DNA of 64,000 nucleotides from the human T2T-CHM13v2.0 reference genome, Homo sapiens: the NCBI RefSeq assembly GCF_009914755.1, contig NC_060936.1. One strand, given 5' to 3'. Shown piece by piece: positions 59,881-64,000 of this stretch; the first letter of the stretch is position 1, and every line of letters begins with the position of its first letter. The notes beneath the pieces are model-generated. The model did not search any database, had not been told where the DNA came from, and saw only the letters and a program-made list of their open reading frames with translations. The position numbers and the translations under genes are program-made.

Positions 59881-60635
59881 CTGTAATTAAGAAAAAGTGT
59901 AAGATACAAACATTATCACAGGTTTCTGATTAAATAACGTAAATTATTATGCAGTATAACAGGTAATTTCAATTATAAAGATAATTCACAGTAATAAATC
60001 ACAGAAACAAATGTAAATATAGATATCCAGACCTGAAGCAAAGTTTAATGTAATGCAAATTTGTACATATTGACACATCTACTTGAAAAATCTTTCTGAG
60101 AAACATTTTATAATAATTGAATGTCAACATCATTACAATAGCAAAGCTATACAATCTGAAATAACCCAGCCTTAATTTTTACTACTACTCTATTTCCCTA
60201 AATTAACATATCCTATAGAAAAAAAACCACAGTGCTGCAAAAAAGGGAAATAAGACATAGAATAATGCAATTTTAAAAAATATGTAACCAAATTTAAGTT
60301 TAGAAACAGTATAATGAAGAACAACATGACATTAGCTCGAATTCTATTTGTTAGATGAATTTTAAAAGCAAACGATTCATTATGCCATATGTGCAGTTTC
60401 CAAAAATAATTTGGAAAATTGTGTCCTAAATAAAAGTAGCATAACACTGTGTTTTTGTGGTAATGTTAGTCACCACCCCTCAAATTGCAATACTAATATT
60501 AGGGATTGCTGTTTAAATAATGTTGGTTATTTAAATGTTGGTACTTTGTAACTACTAAAAGCTACCTTCTTAAACTTTGGTTCTGTTGATAAATACTTAA
60601 ATATAGGAAAATATAAAAGCACTTGAGTTTAATAC

Positions 60636-60804
60636 CTTTAATTGCCAATGTGTCACTGAGAGGTAATTCTACCTTAGCTCCATTCTTGCTATGGCTTTCA
60701 GATTCTTGAATGACAGCAGTTCTCTTATAAATGCCTCTTTTTACTTCATCAAAGACCCAAAACATATTGTACACTCGAGCAGTGTAGCCTGCTAATTCAG
60801 TGAC
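60636..60804 (-). CDS. ABCD2: ABCD2 exon 4 ([24 protein letters not shown]...DTLAIK)
   Basis: 169 nt, TAG| acceptor, |GTATTA donor; overlaps ORF 60562..60774. Confidence 0.97.
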
Positions 60805-62999
60805 CTAAAAGCAACACAGAGATATAAAATAGAGTTACTATATCCAAGACAATATTTTAAATAAATATGTAATCAGATAAGCTTCTTGACTTAATGTAAA
60901 AGATTATATTGCATTATACATGAGATATATATAATACATCTGAAAACTAAAACACATGACAGTACAAAAGAGCACTATAACACAATAATATGTTTGATTG
61001 AAATTATAAAACATAATATACAGATTTCAGAATATTAATGACACTTAAGGATCTTTCAGTCAAATTTCTGATTTGACCTCTGTTTACATGATGAAATTCA
61101 TTTCCAATAAATTATAAATTTTGTGGAAAGCTTAAGGTCATTCAATGAAATTATAATCTTTTATTTTTGGTACCTTTTTCTATTTAAAATAGAAGATTTT
61201 AAGTAGGAGAAAAGTACCTTTTTGTCCTATTATGAAATGAATGTTTCTGAGCCAAATTGATTGTCAAAATTCCTCTATTTGGCAGGATACCAATATTGAG
61301 AGCAAGCTCAATGAAAAGCTTCAAATCCTTTTCAGTATAATTCCCCCAATCCAGCTTCTTTTGAAGCCAAACATGATTTATATGCCCAAAGAAAAACATT
61401 AAATATATTTTTTTTTCTAGGTAAGATTATAAGATGAGCTAAATCTCTACTTTAGTCCACAAAGCTCAATGGAATGGTGCCTTGTTCCTATTCTCTCAGC
61501 TGTTCATTTTGGTTAACCTCCTGCTGTTTTTCTATTAAGAGAACACCTTGCTATCAGGGTACTCTGAAAGGTGACTCATTTCCTATCAAGAACATGTTTC
61601 TCAATGAAACAGAATGCACAAGAACTAAGGATAGTTCTTGCACAAGAATACACAAGAATAAGCAAGGTATCTCAGAAATAAATGTTTCTTAATAAATTGC
61701 GGAAAAATACAACAATGCTGACATTTGTGTAAAATTTCTGTGTATGCAAAACATAAGCAGTAAATGAGTATGTATTATTATAAAAGCCTTCTGAAACACA
61801 TCTCTACTGAGAGATCTGTAATTACACTGTTATTTCATTTCTATATGTTAATGTTATAGCTATTTAAATGATGATTTCTAATGTTATCTGGAAGAACCTC
61901 TTGAGTTGTCAAGTAGAGGAAAACAAATTTAAAGATCAACAAAATAGGGATTCAAGTGAAACCTGGGCAAATATAAATATTTGGGTAGAAAAGAATTCCA
62001 AAACCACAAGTAGAGGTCAATTCAAGAAAGGCAGGAGGCAATGAGTCAGTGGATCAGGATGGAATGTGAAGACGGTAGGAAGTGTCTGACAAAAACTAAG
62101 AATGTGCCGGTAGACAAATTACTCTGGGGTACAAGACAGGGAATTTGTCTTAGAACCCTAACTCTACAAAGGAAACTTGGTCCCTCTGGTGCTAGCAGAG
62201 AAGGCATGGTGGGTGCTTTCATGTGCCGTCACAGCAGTACAAGAATTTTTAGAAGTGAACATTTTATGATTAAAAGTAAATTCAGGCAAAAATAAAGCAA
62301 AATGCAATCATTCGTTGAGTTGGAGACAGTTTAGAAAAACTAATTGTTATCATTTCTCTAACCTAGATAGCACAATATTTTAATGTGAGATAAATAAAAT
62401 TTTGATTTGTCATTTAATTTTAAGTAATTTATTACATCAACAAATCTATCCCAAAGACTGTGTCTCCAGATTATCAAAATTACTATTTGAACTTTTTAAA
62501 AAAATTGAGTTGCTTGCTAGCCCTTTGTAATTCTTTTATATAGTTTATTCAAGGCTGACTTAATATGCAGCTAAATTTACAAAGATGCTTTAGAATTTAT
62601 ATTGATATGATAGCCATAAGACTAACTGGTAGTGAGAATAATTTTATGGGAACATTGTGTAATATCTGAATTAAATTAAGTAATTTTAACCTTGGCCCTG
62701 TGGTATCTGCAGGTCTTATTACTATTTTGTCAACAAATATTTATTAACCACACAGTATTCCAAGTATGAAAATGGATATTAGAAATGTAAAGATGAGTAA
62801 GACAGTTCCTGCTTCAAGGAGCTGAGTGGTGTGATGCAGGCAATATACACAGCTATAATGTGGTAAAACATCAGACATACACTGAGATGGACACAAAACA
62901 GGATGACCCAAACTCTGCAGGAAGAATGCGGAATGGTAAGAAAGTATTACCCATTTAATGAAGGAAAGGTAAAAGTTTGCGAGATATATAAGAAATGTT

Positions 63000-63210
63000 A
63001 TTAGCTAACATTTATTGAGTGTTTAATATGTGCTGTTTTAAATTTTCTACATGTATCAACTCACAACAACCCCACAAGTCAGTGTTATCATATCCCCATT
63101 TTATAGATGAAGAAACAGAGACACAGACGCTGTAGCGACCTTGACCCAAGGTCACATAATTTGTAAATTCATAAAATGAAAATTTAGGCACTCTGGCTCC
63201 AGAGTTCATA
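63000..63210 (-). mobile_element. MIR
   Basis: TATCCCCATTTTATAGATGAAGAAACAGAG...CCCAAGGTCACA. Confidence 0.75.
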
Positions 63211-63472
63211 CCTAAGGGTTTCTTTAAAATGTGAAAACAAAGATATCATACTATAGAGGGAAAAAGAGAGATAACAATTGATAGTATTATAAAACAAAGG
63301 ATATTAGCAGCATTACACTTGTGAATTGCTGCCCTTAATCTTGATTATACGCAGCAATTTTTGGCAGAGAAAAGATATGTTTCCAAAATACTAAGTATAC
63401 TTGGTAATTGACATTTTGCTTGATTTTCATAAATTTTATTTTAATTGAATTGACAATAAGAAATGCAAGTAC

Positions 63473-63588
63473 CTCTTTGTATGAAGACATAATCCTTTCA
63501 ATAGCATCAGCTCCAGAGGCCAGTAAATTTCGAGCAGTGGTAAAGGCTTCTGTCCGTTCACTAACCATAACTTGCTTTTGGCCATCCT
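63473..63588 (-). CDS. ABCD2: ABCD2 exon 3 ([39 protein letters not shown])
   Basis: 116 nt, TAG| acceptor, |GTACTT donor; overlaps ORF 63335..63604; exons 1-2 lie beyond the window end. Confidence 0.96.
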
Positions 63589-63752
63589 CTAGATATAAAA
63601 ACAAATTACAAAACTTGAGTTTTTTTTTTTTTTTTTTTTAGTAACTTAATGTTTTATATTATACAAACTAAATTGTGGCTAAAACAACCACATATTAATT
63701 TTTCATTAGTAGTAGCAATTTTCTAGAAATATAATGAATCATTGAAAATTCA

Positions 63753-64000
<248 letters not shown>

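Overview
Primate, almost certainly human, genomic DNA: AT-rich and dense in Alu, L1, MaLR and MIR repeats. The minus strand carries the 3' two-thirds of ABCD2 (ALDR, peroxisomal ABC half-transporter). Eight coding exons (3-10) were reconstructed by hand with GT-AG borders and consistent phases. They encode the end of the transmembrane region, the whole nucleotide-binding domain (Walker [14 protein letters not shown] signature, Walker B YALLDE, H-loop ITH) and the C-terminus ...KNEDETS*, followed by an inferred ~3.9 kb 3'UTR. The last intron (~19.6 kb) is mostly a nested retroelement stack: an old near full-length L1 hosting a complete THE1D provirus, Alus, a short L1PA fragment and a full-length ~6.15 kb L1PA3/4 in sense to the gene. 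Most ORFs in the supplied track are repeat-derived or chance. I found no new protein-coding system. The most unusual signal is three separate locally templated insertions (35 bp inverted and perfect, 105 bp direct, 97 bp inverted), each copied from a donor 0.6-7 kb away, which look like fossil template-switch or repair events. Repeat subfamily names are from recall of consensus sequences, not from a search.
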